Positions 45,521 through 59,017 of a stretch of 64,000 nucleotides of DNA are shown here, piece by piece. The position numbers and the translations under genes were made by a program. Numbering within the stretch: position 1 is the first letter of the stretch; each line of letters opens with the position of its first letter. The stretch is from Salpingoeca rosetta (taxonomy: Eukaryota; Protista; Choanoflagellata), in NCBI GenBank assembly GCA_033442325.1, contig JAWQFM010000016.1, positions 843,155 to 907,154 of the forward strand, read 5' to 3'. The notes beneath the pieces were generated by a model. The model ran no database searches. It was not told the DNA's origin and worked only from the letters and a program-made list of their open reading frames with translations.

Positions 45521-46954
45521 CGCACACACACACACACACAAGAAGTACACAATACAAGCATCCTCCGTCCCTCCGTCCCTTTACCCATCACACACCTGCG
45601 CCTCGAGGGCTGCGTTGCGCTGTTCGAGACGGTGGCACTTGTCACGAAGGCGGGCGAGTTCGCTCGTGCGCTCCTCCTCTTCCTTCTTCTCTGTGTGGTA
45701 CTGCTTCTCATACCGCTGCAGCTGCTTCTGCGTCACGGCTGCGGCCTTTGTCGCGTGCAAGAGTTCCTCCTCGGCGCCCACGTACCGCTGCTGCAGGCCG
45801 TCTCGCCCAAGCACCGTCATGACGCCGTCAAAGTTGTGCCGGTGCAGCAGGTTGTGGTTCGTGTGCAGGATGGCCAGCCCCGCCTTGAAGAGGAGCGGAA
45901 TGCCTTCAAGCAAAAACACGTCAAACAGGCGAAACGCGGCCTCCGTGTGCAGGGAGCTGGTGAACGCCGTGAGGAACCACTGGCTCGCGTACATGGACGG
46001 CGCAAGGCCAAGGTCGCCAAAGTGGGCGTGCAGGTCGGGAAAGGTGGCGCGGATGAGCGCGTCAAACTGGTGCAGCCGCAGCGGCAGGTCCGCCATGGAG
46101 GGCTTGAACATGCCGCGGAGACGGTAGTCGCGCATGAGGATGATGAAGAGATCAAAGGCCTCTTCCTCGGGCATGTGCATGAGCAGGATGGCCACGATGA
46201 AGGCGGAGCCCTGGCAGTAGCCAACCTCCGTGTCGTACAAAGAATATGCCTTCATCACGTTGTACAGCACCTCCTGCCCGTCGCCCTGCTTGTCCTTGAA
46301 CTTGTGGTGCTTTGGGAACGTGCGCGCCAGGTCCTGCTGAATCAGCTTGTCGTGCGGCGTGTCTTGCGCAATCAGCTCTGCGTAGGATGGGGCGTTATCC
46401 GTGTGCAGCCGTGCGGCAGACACCTCGCTCGCCTGCTGCTGTGACCGTGCCAGGTGCTGCCACACCACGCACCGCAAGGCGCCCGGCACACCCTCGTACA
46501 GCAGGTCCAGCAGCCGCCGCTGCTTCTTGCGATACCACGTGTCCCAGTTGGACAGGATCTCCGTCCACAGCATGAAGCGTTCCACCTCCGGATCCGCTGC
46601 CTCCTCCTGCTTGCCGTTCTCTGCTTGCTGCTGCTGGTGGTGCTGTAGTTGTGATGATGACGATGACGTAGATGCCATGCGCTCCTTCACTTTGACGGCT
46701 GGATCTGCGGATGCGCTGCGCCTCATCGCGTGCCTGCGTGGGCCGTTCTGCCCGTGTTGCAGCAACTGTTGCTCTGCAATGTGCTGTTCCTGCAGCGGGC
46801 CGCTGTCACTGCCGCATCGTCGCTTCGACGCTTCACTTCCAGCAACAGCACTGTCCAGCTGCGGCGAGGTGCGTTCAAACGACACCGCCCGGTTGTCCTT
46901 CTCCAGCAGCTGGTTCTGCCGCTCCAGCATATCAAGCAGCTCTTGCTCGTCCAT
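44806..46954 (-). CDS. EVI5: EVI5-like TBC-domain Rab GTPase-activating protein (2 exons)
   Basis: MDEQELLDMLERQNQLLEKD (EVI5 N-terminal motif), W..ILSNWD.W..KK, GVP.ALR.VVWQ, IQQDLARTFP (arginine finger), GYCQG (glutamine finger), MYASQWFLT. Exons about 46954-45597 and 45249-44806. Confidence 0.9.
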
Positions 46955-47020
46955 TGTGTCTGTCTGCGTCTGTGCGTGTCTGTGAGTGTGTGTGTGTGTG
47001 TGCGTGTGTGTGTGTGTGTC

Positions 47021-47080
<60 letters not shown>

Positions 47081-47485
47081 AGAGCAACAGTGTGTGTGTG
47101 TGACCTGTGCGGGGACGAGGCAACAGATCAAGCCGCTACCGCCGCCGTCGCCGCGAGCACGTGCGCTCGCCATCCCTCCTGCGGTTTCGGCGTCAGTACT
47201 TTAACCACCGCCACCACCACGACCCAGCTGTCATCCCACACCACCAGCTGCACCAGGGGCGGCGTGGCCGCAGCATGTCAACAACGTCCTCGTCACCGCG
47301 GTCGCACTCGTACACGTGCACAAGCTCGACATCCAGCTCACAGCGACACTCTGGCGAGGGCAACGGCGGTGGCGGTGACGGTGGGACTGCAGGCACGCAC
47401 ACCCGCCGTGACCGCTCTGGATATGCTGAACTGCCCCCGCGCGCGGCGACGCTGGTCGTACAGTGGTAGCTCGCCAAGCACATCG

Positions 47486-48366
47486 NNNNNNNNNNNNNNN
47501 NNNNNNNNNNNNNNNNNNNNNNNNNNNNNNNNNNNNNNNNNNNNNNNNNNNNNNNNNNNNNNNNNNNNNNNNNNNNNNNNNNNNNNNNNNNNNNNNNNNN
47601 NNNNNNNNNNNNNNNNNNNNNNNNNNNNNNNNNNNNNNNNNNNNNNNNNNNNNNNNNNNNNNNNNNNNNNNNNNNNNNNNNNNNNNNNNNNNNNNNNNNN
47701 NNNNNNNNNNNNNNNNNNNNNNNNNNNNNNNNNNNNNNNNNNNNNNNNNNNNNNNNNNNNNNNNNNNNNNNNNNNNNNNNNNNNNNNNNNNNNNNNNNNN
47801 NNNNNNNNNNNNNNNNNNNNNNNNNNNNNNNNNNNNNNNNNNNNNNNNNNNNNNNNNNNNNNNNNNNNNNNNNNNNNNNNNNNNNNNNNNNNNNNNNNNN
47901 NNNNNNNNNNNNNNNNNNNNNNNNNNNNNNNNNNNNNNNNNNNNNNNNNNNNNNNNNNNNNNNNNNNNNNNNNNNNNNNNNNNNNNNNNNNNNNNNNNNN
48001 NNNNNNNNNNNNNNNNNNNNNNNNNNNNNNNNNNNNNNNNNNNNNNNNNNNNNNNNNNNNNNNNNNNNNNNNNNNNNNNNNNNNNNNNNNNNNNNNNNNN
48101 NNNNNNNNNNNNNNNNNNNNNNNNNNNNNNNNNNNNNNNNNNNNNNNNNNNNNNNNNNNNNNNNNNNNNNNNNNNNNNNNNNNNNNNNNNNNNNNNNNNN
48201 NNNNNNNNNNNNNNNNNNNNNNNNNNNNNNNNNNNNNNNNNNNNNNNNNNNNNNNNNNNNNNNNNNNNNNNNNNNNNNNNNNNNNNNNNNNNNNNNNNNN
48301 NNNNNNNNNNNNNNNNNNNNNNNNNNNNNNNNNNNNNNNNNNNNNNNNNNNNNNNNNNNNNNNNNN
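47486..48366. other. Assembly gap (N run)
   Basis: 881 N. Confidence 1.
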
Positions 48367-48503
48367 AATGTTTTGACAAGCGAGGGTGGGTGCCCGATGC
48401 AGATTAATCTTCCATGAGAAGCCTCTAGATAGGCTACACCAGAGGGTTGTTTGCTACAGACGCGAGCATCTCACGACCTCCAAACAAACAACAGCAGCAA
48501 CAT

Positions 48504-48605
<102 letters not shown>

Positions 48606-48609
48606 ACAG

Positions 48610-50656
48610 GGCGGACCGGGTGCGTGCGAAAGAGCTGCGTCGGCAGGCCAAGCACCAACACCACCACTTTTATGTTGACGGCAACAACAACGACAACCGC
48701 GTCCTCGACCTCTCCTCCTCCTCCTCCTCGTCAGAAGGGGGTGGACAGGCGCCATCGCCTGATGCTGGGCGCGGCAGCGGTGGTCGAAGCAAGCGCAGTG
48801 GCAAGCGGGACAAACACGTGCACTTCCACTACAAGCCAGACTCCGAGGCAGAGCAAGGGCGCCGTGGTGGTCGCCGTGCTGGTGGTCGTGGGCGAGATAA
48901 GGGTGCAGGCCAAGGAAGATACGGTGACACGCGCTATGCACGCGGCATGCATGGTGACGTGTTTGACGAGAACGCCTATGACGATGACGGCGATGGCTTT
49001 GGAAACGACAACACCGCTGATCAGGGCCGTACGACCGATTACGAGAGGCGATTTCAGCGCGCGCCTTACAACGAAGCACGCGGCAAGTACGGAGCGTCGT
49101 CGGCTTCGACTCATCCCACCGCAGCACGTGCTGGTAGCGGTGGCGGTCGCGCTGGTCGTGGTGATGATGCTGGCCGGACAATGATGGAGCAGGTTGACGA
49201 CTTTGAGGACGCAAACAGGTGCGCACACGCATGTGTGTGTGTGTGCATGTGATGGGTTTACCTTGCGTCACTGCGGCTGCTTCCATTGCTCTATTTTGCT
49301 GTTTCGCTTTCATGTTTTGCGTTTGTGTGTTCCGTGTTGGTCACAGACACAACCTGCTAATCTTGGCGCTAACCCGCCCAATCCATTCAATCCCTCGACG
49401 TGCCAACCACACCAGAGCACTGCGCCGCCTGTTGTCGCCGTCAACAGCACCGCGTGACCCCGTGGTTGCGCGCGAACGTGATATCATCTTCAAGAAGCTT
49501 GATTTGATGGAGCGCGCCAACAAGCGCCTTCAAGAGAAGGTGCGGCGTGTTGGCAGTGCACCTGGTGTGCACACGTGTCTGTGTATGTCTGTTGGTGTGA
49601 AAAGTGTGGTGTATTTGCGTGTTTGGGTGCATGTGAAAGTGTGCTTGTGGCTGCGAACGTGAGAGTTGTGCGCGCGTGCGTGTGTGTGCGAGAGCAAGCA
49701 AGGTTGTGCCAAGTGCGTTATGTTGTGGTGTCGTTTGTATTTGTATCACGTAGAGCTCACGCCACCCCGCACATGAATGTCAACACGCATGCACACACTT
49801 CAATCAAACCTTCATTGCTTTAGCTGCAGCGACGGGAAGCTGAGAAGGCCGCGCTGGAAAACCAAGTCGAGCACACGTCCGAGCTGCAACGCGCATTTGA
49901 GGACATCAAGACGTCGCTCAGGGTCAGTCTTTGCACACGTTGCATGAGAATGTGCGTGCATGTATCTGTGAGTTCGTGCATGTGTGTGGGTGTGTACGTG
50001 CTGCATGTGACACACACACACACATACAAAGCACGCACACATGCACACATGCACACACACACATAACACAACACACACATACACATACACACATGCACAC
50101 ACGCGTTCAAACATGAGATGCCCACCATAACGTTGCTTAACGCGTGCTTTCTTCATTTCATGCGACAGGAATCCAAAGCAAAGGCCGACAAGAAGCTGAA
50201 GGAGAAATCGCGCGAATGTCTGCGGCTTGAAGAGGAACTGGCGCGCGTGCGTGCAACGCAGTCCTATTCCTCCAATGCGGTAAATTCAACGACGCACACG
50301 CGTGGGTGTTGCGCGCGTGCGTGCGCGTGTTGTGACTGCTACTGCTGCTGCTGGGTGTGTGTTCTGAGGCTCCGCAAGCATCAACCCGTGCGTGTATTCG
50401 CACATACAACCACACAACTACAAAGCGTGGATTGACGCGTGACCGTGCTTGCGTGCAACTGTTTGCGGTTTAGATGCGGGATTTCCAGCAAGCGGTGAGC
50501 GACTTGGAAGCACGCGCGGCGGGCGAAAAGGCCGCGATGAAGCGTGCACACAAGGAGACGAAAAAACGGTACGTTGAATGTTTGGCACTGGTCACGGTGA
50601 CCGAAACAATATCAGTGATTGTTGTTGTTAATCTGTCATCACCCTCAACACACACC

Positions 50657-50728
<72 letters not shown>

Positions 50729-51454
50729 CACTCTCTCACGCACTTACTTTGTTTGTGCGCAGGCTGCGGCAGTGTGAGTCTGTCCTGCAGCAAGTTCGGC
50801 AGGACTTGGACGTTGCACAGAACAACTTTGAGCTGGTAAGCAAGGCTGTGTTGACTCAGGAAAGGAGATAACACCCTGTGTGTGTGTGTGTGTATGTTCG
50901 CGCGCGAGGGTTATCCTCACACACATGGTTTTGTTGGTTCGCCACGATGACATATGTTGATGTCGTGTGCTGACACTGCAATCTCCCTCACCCATGACAT
51001 GCCCACCATGCACACACGCGCGCGTGCACGCACACATATGGTCGTGTAGGCGGTGCGTGATCGTGACGCAGAAGCGCAGAGGCGACAGCAGCTGGAGGAG
51101 AAGCTGGATGAGGGCGAGCGCGAACGCGACTCGCTGACACAGCAGCTTCATGCACGCGTAAGTGTTGCTCAACCTGATCATCCATTGCTGTTCGCAACAC
51201 CACAACATACAAGGGCGCGACTCATTCAGAAACACACAAGTGTAATCACAAACACAAGCACAAACACAACTGCAATGTAACCACGCGCGACAGTCACACT
51301 CTCACACATACACGCAAGCCATAACCACAACTAAAAGTCGCGCGTGCAAAATTGCTTGCTCACACACACACACACACGCACTCCCTCACACTCCCACACA
51401 CACACTCCCACACACACACACACACACACACTCCCACACACACACACACACACT

Positions 51455-51505
<51 letters not shown>

Positions 51506-53199
51506 ACTCACACACTCACACACTCACACATTCTCTGTGCACATGTCAGGGTGCGGACCTGAGCGCGTTGGAGGATCGCTTGAACACAACAACAGCGGCA
51601 ACAGAGGAGACAGTGGCCGATCTGAACCACAAACTCGACGCTGCACGCACGCAGATTGCGACACTCAAGAGCAAACTTGCAACTGCAGAAGAGCTGGCAG
51701 AGACGCGACGAAAGTGAGTGCATCGTGTTCACAAACAGTGATAATTGGTTGCGAGGTGTTGGACTGGCATGAGCTTCACGCAGAGCAGAGCAACGAGGTG
51801 CACGTTTGCCTTCTTGCGAAAGTCATGGTACAACTCGACATTGCATGCCTGTTACTCATTCTTGTATGGTGCGTCGTGTGCAGCATGCTGTCAGAGCAAG
51901 GCGACATCAAGGACTCAGCACTCAGGCGCGCAAACGAAATGATCGATAACATCAGAGATCAGGTGATTGAAAGCAGGCATGAAAGTACAAGCGATTGTGT
52001 TGTCATGTGTGTCTGTGAAGGTGCTGTTGCTTTGAGCTTGGGTTGCCTGCATTGTTCATCCTTGTCTGCTGATGCATTGTGTTTGTATCCCCACTCTCTG
52101 ACCCATGCACTCACAAACACACGCACTCACGCACGCATTCATGCACACTTCCCTTCCTCCCTCTTCCTACACGGCCTGGCCAGCTGGCCGCAACGCAAGA
52201 AAGCGAGCAGAAAACAAAGGAAGAATTGCGTGACACCACGCATCAGCGCGACGCCCTGGTGCGTGCCCTGCACCTGTCGCCTGGTGTCGTTGTGTTGTTC
52301 GAATTCATCTCGGCTGATGTTTGCCATGAGACGCTACGAATGATTTTCACTCCGCCTTGCCACCGAAGCATCTGACCGCCTGCACTGCCAACTCTTCACC
52401 CTCCACTAGCCACATATGTATCGTCCGCCCTCACCCCCAAATTACTCCCTGCCATTGTCCATCTTCTCTTCAGCGCCGGGATCTCGAAACGACCCAGCAG
52501 CGCATCGAATCTTTGCAGGAGACGTCAGAGAATCAGCGAAAGCAAATCTCCTCTCTCGAGGGCACAACACAGCGCCTGGAACTGCAGGTATGAGCGTACA
52601 CACCACACACGACACACACACACACGCACGCACGTACATTCATATGTGTTTGCCCTTGGCTCGTGCCACTGTGAACCATCACTGCCTTGCCCAACCAACA
52701 CTGTTATCGCTTTCGTTGATCAACTTGATGTCCTGGCGTTGTCGTTATGCAATGTTGTGGTGCACCAGGTTGAGTCGCTGGAGAGAGACGTGAGCGAAGC
52801 ACGTGAGCGGGCGACATCGCTTGAGCGCGATCTCAACACCGCCCGCAGCGAACACCTCAGGACAACAGGACAACAGACCGAGGAGGTGTGCTGTCGTTTT
52901 TGCATGTCTTGTGTATGGAGAAATTGGCATGTTGTGAATGTGTGTGTGTGTGTGTGTCGGTGCGTGAATGTGTGGAAACAGTGTGTGCGACGCGTTGTTG
53001 TGTTTGTATGCATGTCCACAACAAGACAGGTGTGCCAGTACAATATTGCCCTTGCGCTTGGCATTCACCCCATTATTCGCTGTTTCTGCAACTTAAATTG
53101 CATCAGGCACGACAGCAACAGCAGCGCTTGAATGAGCGCATTGCTGCCCTCGAGGCCGAGCTTAAGGCCACGAAGGACGGTGCGTTGTGGGGAAGAGAG

Positions 53200-53268
<69 letters not shown>

Positions 53269-53784
53269 TGAGTGCGTGCATCATGACAGCAAGAAAGGAG
53301 CTTCTCTCTGGCGGTGTATCTTGTCTGTCACACTAACGTTTGTACCTTGCACCTCTTTCGACCATTGCATCTGTGTGCGTGTATGTGTGTGTATATGTGT
53401 ATGTATATGTATATTTACGCTCAGCGCTCCAAGCGACTGAACAGGCCAAGTTGGATGCGCAGCGCAAGGCTGCTGCCGAGTCTCTTGCGCTGCGCGAAAA
53501 GCTCGACTACGCCAACACAGAGAAGCGAACGTAAGCCACGCGTGCGTTTTGGGGGAGGAGGAAGGGGACAGGGGCGCTTGCATGAATTGTTTTTTATTTT
53601 ATTTTATTTTGCTGGCTCGTGATGCTGGTGGCGCCTGTGTCATTCACTTGCTCACGCCCACTCCCCCCGTCATAATGAATTCGCTTTGTGACGTGACAGG
53701 CTGAAGAACTATGTTGCATATGTCAAGTCGACGTTCAACTCTGTGTTCAAGGATGCTGAGGGGGAGCCTGGCGAATGCGATTGA
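48610..53784 (+). CDS. ODF2: ODF2/cenexin-like coiled-coil protein; 5' end uncertain, possibly in the gap
   Basis: About 14 short coiled-coil exons, including [22 protein letters not shown] and [15 protein letters not shown]. The C-terminus [12 protein letters not shown]|[16 protein letters not shown] resembles the ODF2 C-terminal motif MQNYVQFLKSSYANVF. Stop at 53782-53784. Confidence 0.72.
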
Positions 53785-54156
53785 CTGTGAAATGAAATGA
53801 GTGGTTCACGTCACTCTGATGTTGCAATGCATCAGCAATGTCTAACCACTGTCGTTTCACGAACACAACTATGCCCGCATGCACTCTTTGTGCACTCTGT
53901 GTTTTGTTTTACAATGTTTGTGCTCAAACTATCTGCCCCTTCTTCTGAACAGCATCCACCATCTGCCATTGTCTGTGTGTCCTCGCTGCTGTACATAGAC
54001 ACACGATTTTCTGTCATCACATTCGTGTTCCCCGCTGCTTTCATTTCCCTCGACACCTGGCTTTTTTTTTTTTTTGCTTTGTTCTGCTGAGTACAAACTG
54101 CTTTATTGCACACACACGCACACAAACGATCTGGCAGTACAAGCGAGCGCCTAAGC

Positions 54157-54157
<1 letters not shown>

Positions 54158-54255
<98 letters not shown>

Positions 54256-54256
54256 C
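54158..54256. repeat. (CAA)n trinucleotide microsatellite in the convergent 3' region of ODF2-like and FMO
   Basis: About 33 perfect copies, ending a few bases from the FMO stop codon. Confidence 0.95.
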
Positions 54257-54261
54257 TTGCG

Positions 54262-54363
54262 TTACACGTACTTCTTCGCAACAATGTCTTTCACGATATG
54301 TGCAGACTCCCGGTTGATTTCAGCTGCAGATGTGAGCGCCCACACACACACACACACACGCAC

Positions 54364-54424
<61 letters not shown>

Positions 54425-54750
54425 TATGCACATGCACGCGCACAATTTACATGTGAGTGCACGATTCGAGGCACACAACGCAGTGTAACTAACCCAAGCA
54501 ATGCGAACCAAATCACCTCATTTGTTTGCTTGTAAGCAATACGGCACGACCTACCGAGCCTGCCCATGTAGTCGTTGAAGCCGAGCATGTACAACCGCTT
54601 CTGATGTGGAACCTCCTGCACACGAGACAGTGCCCGTCGCAGGTGTGAATGAGCATTGGTGGCGTTCTGCCAGGGAATGATCTGTGCTTGCACATGCGTG
54701 TCTGTATGTGCACGATGTGCAGTGCAAACCTGAAGCCGTTGGCACACGCA

Positions 54751-54799
<49 letters not shown>

Positions 54800-55043
54800 G
54801 CACACACACACACACGCACATGTCACAGCACCTGGCCACTGGAGACGACGTTGTGTTCGTTTGGCAGCTGCGCCACGACATCTGACGGAAGGAACCTGGA
54901 ATACGGGCCCGTGTTGTGCTTGAAACCGGTTGCCAGCAGGATGTGGTCAAATGTCCCTGTGCTGCCGTCCGCGAAGTGCACCTGTCGCGAGGTTGCAGCA
55001 GATGTGAGAGGAGGCTGCGCGCGTGTGTGCATTGTGCATTGGC

Positions 55044-55108
<65 letters not shown>

Positions 55109-55602
55109 CACATGTGCACACATCAAGGACTCAAATAACAAGCACCTACAACACTGCAAAACAGGCACATGGTCACAAACGCGGCAAGACCGCACCGTGT
55201 TTCCGTCAATGTGGTCAATCTCGTGTTTGATGACAGCAATTTCGCCCTTCTTGATCAGCGCCATCGTACCAATGTCTTGCACAGGCGCCCTGCACGAACA
55301 CACGGTGTGAATGGAGTGGCATGGCAGGGAGGTGTGTGAAACTGTGTGAAACTGTGTGAAACTGTGGAGATGAGCTTGACCCGTTGAGTGCACGTGCTGG
55401 CATGTTCAACAGCGCGTCAACACCGCACCAAGCGAAGCAGTCAACACGATGCAGGCGCGGTGGGCACGCACTTGTGGTGAACGACAATGTCGGTCACGAA
55501 ACCGGTCTTCTTCAGGGAGATGTTGTACTGCATTCGTTGTGTTGGGTAAACAAGAGAAAGAGCGCGCCACAAACACATGAGCCAAGCTGCCCGCATCATC
55601 AT

Positions 55603-55673
<71 letters not shown>

Positions 55674-55875
55674 CACACGCACACACACAACACACAACAC
55701 ACAACATACAACACATACCGGCGTGAGGTCGCCCCAGACGAGGCTGTAGATGAGGTCGCGGCCGCTGTCGTGCACCCACGGTGGCAGCGGACGCATCACG
55801 TCGTACATGTGTCCAAACACGCGCGTCAACGAGCGCGGCAGCATGTGGATGGGTGACCGCACCAGCACCTGTGTG

Positions 55876-55940
<65 letters not shown>

Positions 55941-57847
55941 AATGCGCATGTGCGTGAGTCAACGTTCCTGACAGCTGTCCTGCATCCACTCCACCACCTC
56001 TTCACTGCATCAATAACACCACCAGCACCTCATCTGTCCTCCACACCCCTCTCGCCTTCAGCACTTCAACGCCAATCTCACCGTCGGCTGTGCGCCCCAT
56101 TCCCAGAGATCAAGTGCCATCTCAGATCCGGAGTTGCCAAATCCAACAACCAGCACACGCTTGCCCTCAAACTCTTTGCCGCTCGTGTACTCCTGGGTCG
56201 CGGTGGTGGCGGTAGTCGTGGTGGTGGTGGTGGTGGTTGTGGTTGTGGTCAGGGAACAAGTGAGAGGATGTGGGATAATACCGACTTCAACCGAAACGTG
56301 CACGCACATGTGAACACATGGACGCATTCACTCCGGCACTTTGTACATGCACGCATGCACATCAACCATGCCGTTGGTCACAGCAGCGGACCTGCGAGTG
56401 GAGGAGGCGACCAGGAAATGAGGCCTCGCCCTTGAAGTGCGGCACATTCGGCTGAGACTCCTGGCCAGTGCACACCGCCAGCACGTTGGATGTGTATGTG
56501 CGCACGCTGCCATCTGCCGCCTTCGTTTCGACCGTCCATGTTTCTTTGGACTCGTCAAACGTCGTCGTCGTCACCTGCGAGGAGTTGGGGCGGGCGTGCC
56601 CTGTGAGATGCAGTCGACACAACATCGCACAAATACACATGGACACACACACGCACCCACGCACATGTATGTATGTGCGCATTCCGACACCTGCAGGCGC
56701 GCAGACAGCATCTCTCACCTCTGTGTGTGTCTTGACGTTGTGGAAAGCAGCGTAGGCGCGGTAATACTTTGCAAGAAAGCTGCGCGACACGAAAGTTGGG
56801 GTCCAGTCCGGAAACCGCTGTGATTGGGGCGCCGCACGTGAGCTGGCGCAATGGCAAGGGTACAGTGGGGGAAGGCAGTAGAGCATGGTGGCAGCGGTAG
56901 ACAACAAGACAGCACGCAGATGCAACCGAAAAAAAAAACACATGCCGCACATGAGACAGCACACGCGCATGCACGCAGGCACACACCCAGTATGGAAGTT
57001 CGGAGATGCCGCGGACGGTGTGGAGGTGGAGGCGATCGTAGCGGTTCTCCCACGCAGAGCCAGGCTCGTCCTTCTCAAACACTACATAGGAGATCTAATA
57101 GCCACACTCACACATGCACGCGTGAGTGAACATGCACAGCTGCTGATATAACACAAGCGCGTGCAGTACATGCACATTGCTCAAACCATCCAGCACAATA
57201 TTTCGACAGGAAAACCACCAACACTCACGCCAGCGCGCTCCAAACGTCCAGCCAGAGAAAGCCCTGCAGATGAACAGTGGTGCGTAGTGATGGAAGGTGT
57301 GTGTCGGTTAGGGCGGGCAAATACATGAACAGGGCAGAGAGGGAGAGTGAGTAAGTCAGTGAGTAAGCGGCAGGCGCGCAACACAGCACACCACACAACA
57401 CCACACAACACAGCACCACACGCGCGTGCCAAGCATACCTGCTGCGCCAGCTCCAACAATAATCACGCTGTAGGTGGAGGGATCATCACTGCCATCTTCA
57501 TCTCGGCTCCGTCGGATTGGAACATCTGGTTGGCCTGCATGCACGTCACACGCACGTTGCAAGAGCACACGAATGTGAGCTGACGCGAGATCGTGCGTGC
57601 TGGGTGGCATGGACTGGCGTCGCTCACCGAACACGACGAGAGCACACTCTCCTCCCACCCCCGGTCCTTTCTACCTCCCTCTGCTCCTCCCTCTCTGCCC
57701 CTCCCTCTTGCCCCTCCCTCGCCCTCCCCCCTCCTCTTTCCAAGCCTCACCGATTTGTGGGGAGAGGATGTAGACTGCCTTCTGCAGCAGGACGACGGCC
57801 AGTGCGCCGAGCAGGAAGGAGCGAGCGTGCTCCCACATCATCACCAT
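54262..57847 (-). CDS. YUCCA-like class B flavin monooxygenase with an N-terminal membrane anchor
   Basis: Spliced: MVMMWEHARSFLLGALAVVLLQKAVYILSPQIG..VIIVGAGAAG, WENRYDRLHLHT, VCTG, FPGRLLHSQ|EY (FxGxxxHxxxY), GKRVLVVGFGNSGSEMALDL, VRSPIHMLPR, PVQDIG, ILLATGF, GRL|AEINRESAHIVKDI..*. Confidence 0.92.
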
Positions 57848-58038
57848 CTTCAACGCCGTCTGCGTTGATTCCCCTTTTTTCGTGTGTCGCTGTCGCCAAC
57901 CCCAGCAGCAAACAAACAACACAGCACAAAAAAATGCACTGTGAAGTAGTAGCCGAAAAACACGTGAAGACACCAATCATTTATCCACCGGTTGTTTGTT
58001 TTCCCTCCTCTCCTTCTTGTTGCTTGTGGAACAGCGCC
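57848..58038. promoter_or_regulatory. Putative compact bidirectional promoter (FMO / PLD)
   Basis: Only 191 bp separate two divergent start codons. Confidence 0.55.
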
Positions 58039-58950
58039 ATGCTTGTTGTTGGAGGAAAGAAGGTGGCTGTGGTCCTGGCTGTCATCGTGGCCGCCGCTGC
58101 TGCTGCGGTGACGGTGATGGCTGCGGCTGCTGCTGATCCGTCCTGCTGCAAGTACTGCAGCGATGGCTCAAAGGCGTGTGGGGACTCGTGCATTTCGGAC
58201 TCAAACACGTGCCATCAGCCCCCAGGCTGCGCCTGCAATGGTATGTCAGAAGAGAACAGACCACACACAACCACACACACAACCACACACAACCACACAC
58301 ACAAACAAAACACAGATTGCTTGCTTGTTGTAGGACTGTTCTCCGCAAGTCACGGTGTTGCCGTGCACTGCTCGCCGCTTCAACGCCACACTGAAGCATC
58401 TAACCCTTGTCTCTTGTATTATTTTTTTTTCAATGATCCGCGTGCAGGCACTGCACCACCGTCTCCGCCCTCTGATCCGTCGTATGACCACCAGACCAAG
58501 ACGTACCACGCCCAGTTCAAGCCGCTGGAGCTGTCGTCTGCGGATCTCACCATCACCCCGTTCTTCAGCCCAGATCACTCGGTGGACACCATCGTGGACT
58601 TTATCAGCAAGGCCAGCAAGACGCTCGACATCATCACGCCAAGCTTCTCCAGCTGGAGCCACTGCTCGAGCGTACGTTTGATTTTTCCTGGGTGTGGCGC
58701 AAGGCCTTAGTTCTTGGTGCTTGAGCAAAGTCACATGCTTCCCTGTGTGTGTGTGTGTGTGTGTGTGTTTGCTGCGTTGCTGTTGTGCAATGCTCATCGC
58801 CTTGCCGTCATCTTGCTGTTGTCTTGCTGTTGTCTTGCTGTTGTCTTGTGCAGGGATCGCCCTGTGTTGGCTGCAAGGTGTCCACCTGCAGCGGTGAGAA
58901 GTTCCCCGTCTTCCAGGCCATCCTCAACGCCGCGCACAGGTGGGCGCGAG

Positions 58951-59017
<67 letters not shown>

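Noticed and set aside
47105-47485. GC-rich coding-like stretch beside the gap
   Set aside because: Several frames are partly open on both strands, none is recognisable, and the stretch is cut by the gap, so it cannot be assigned.
46730-48407. ORFs spanning the N gap
   Set aside because: Artefacts of translating through N.
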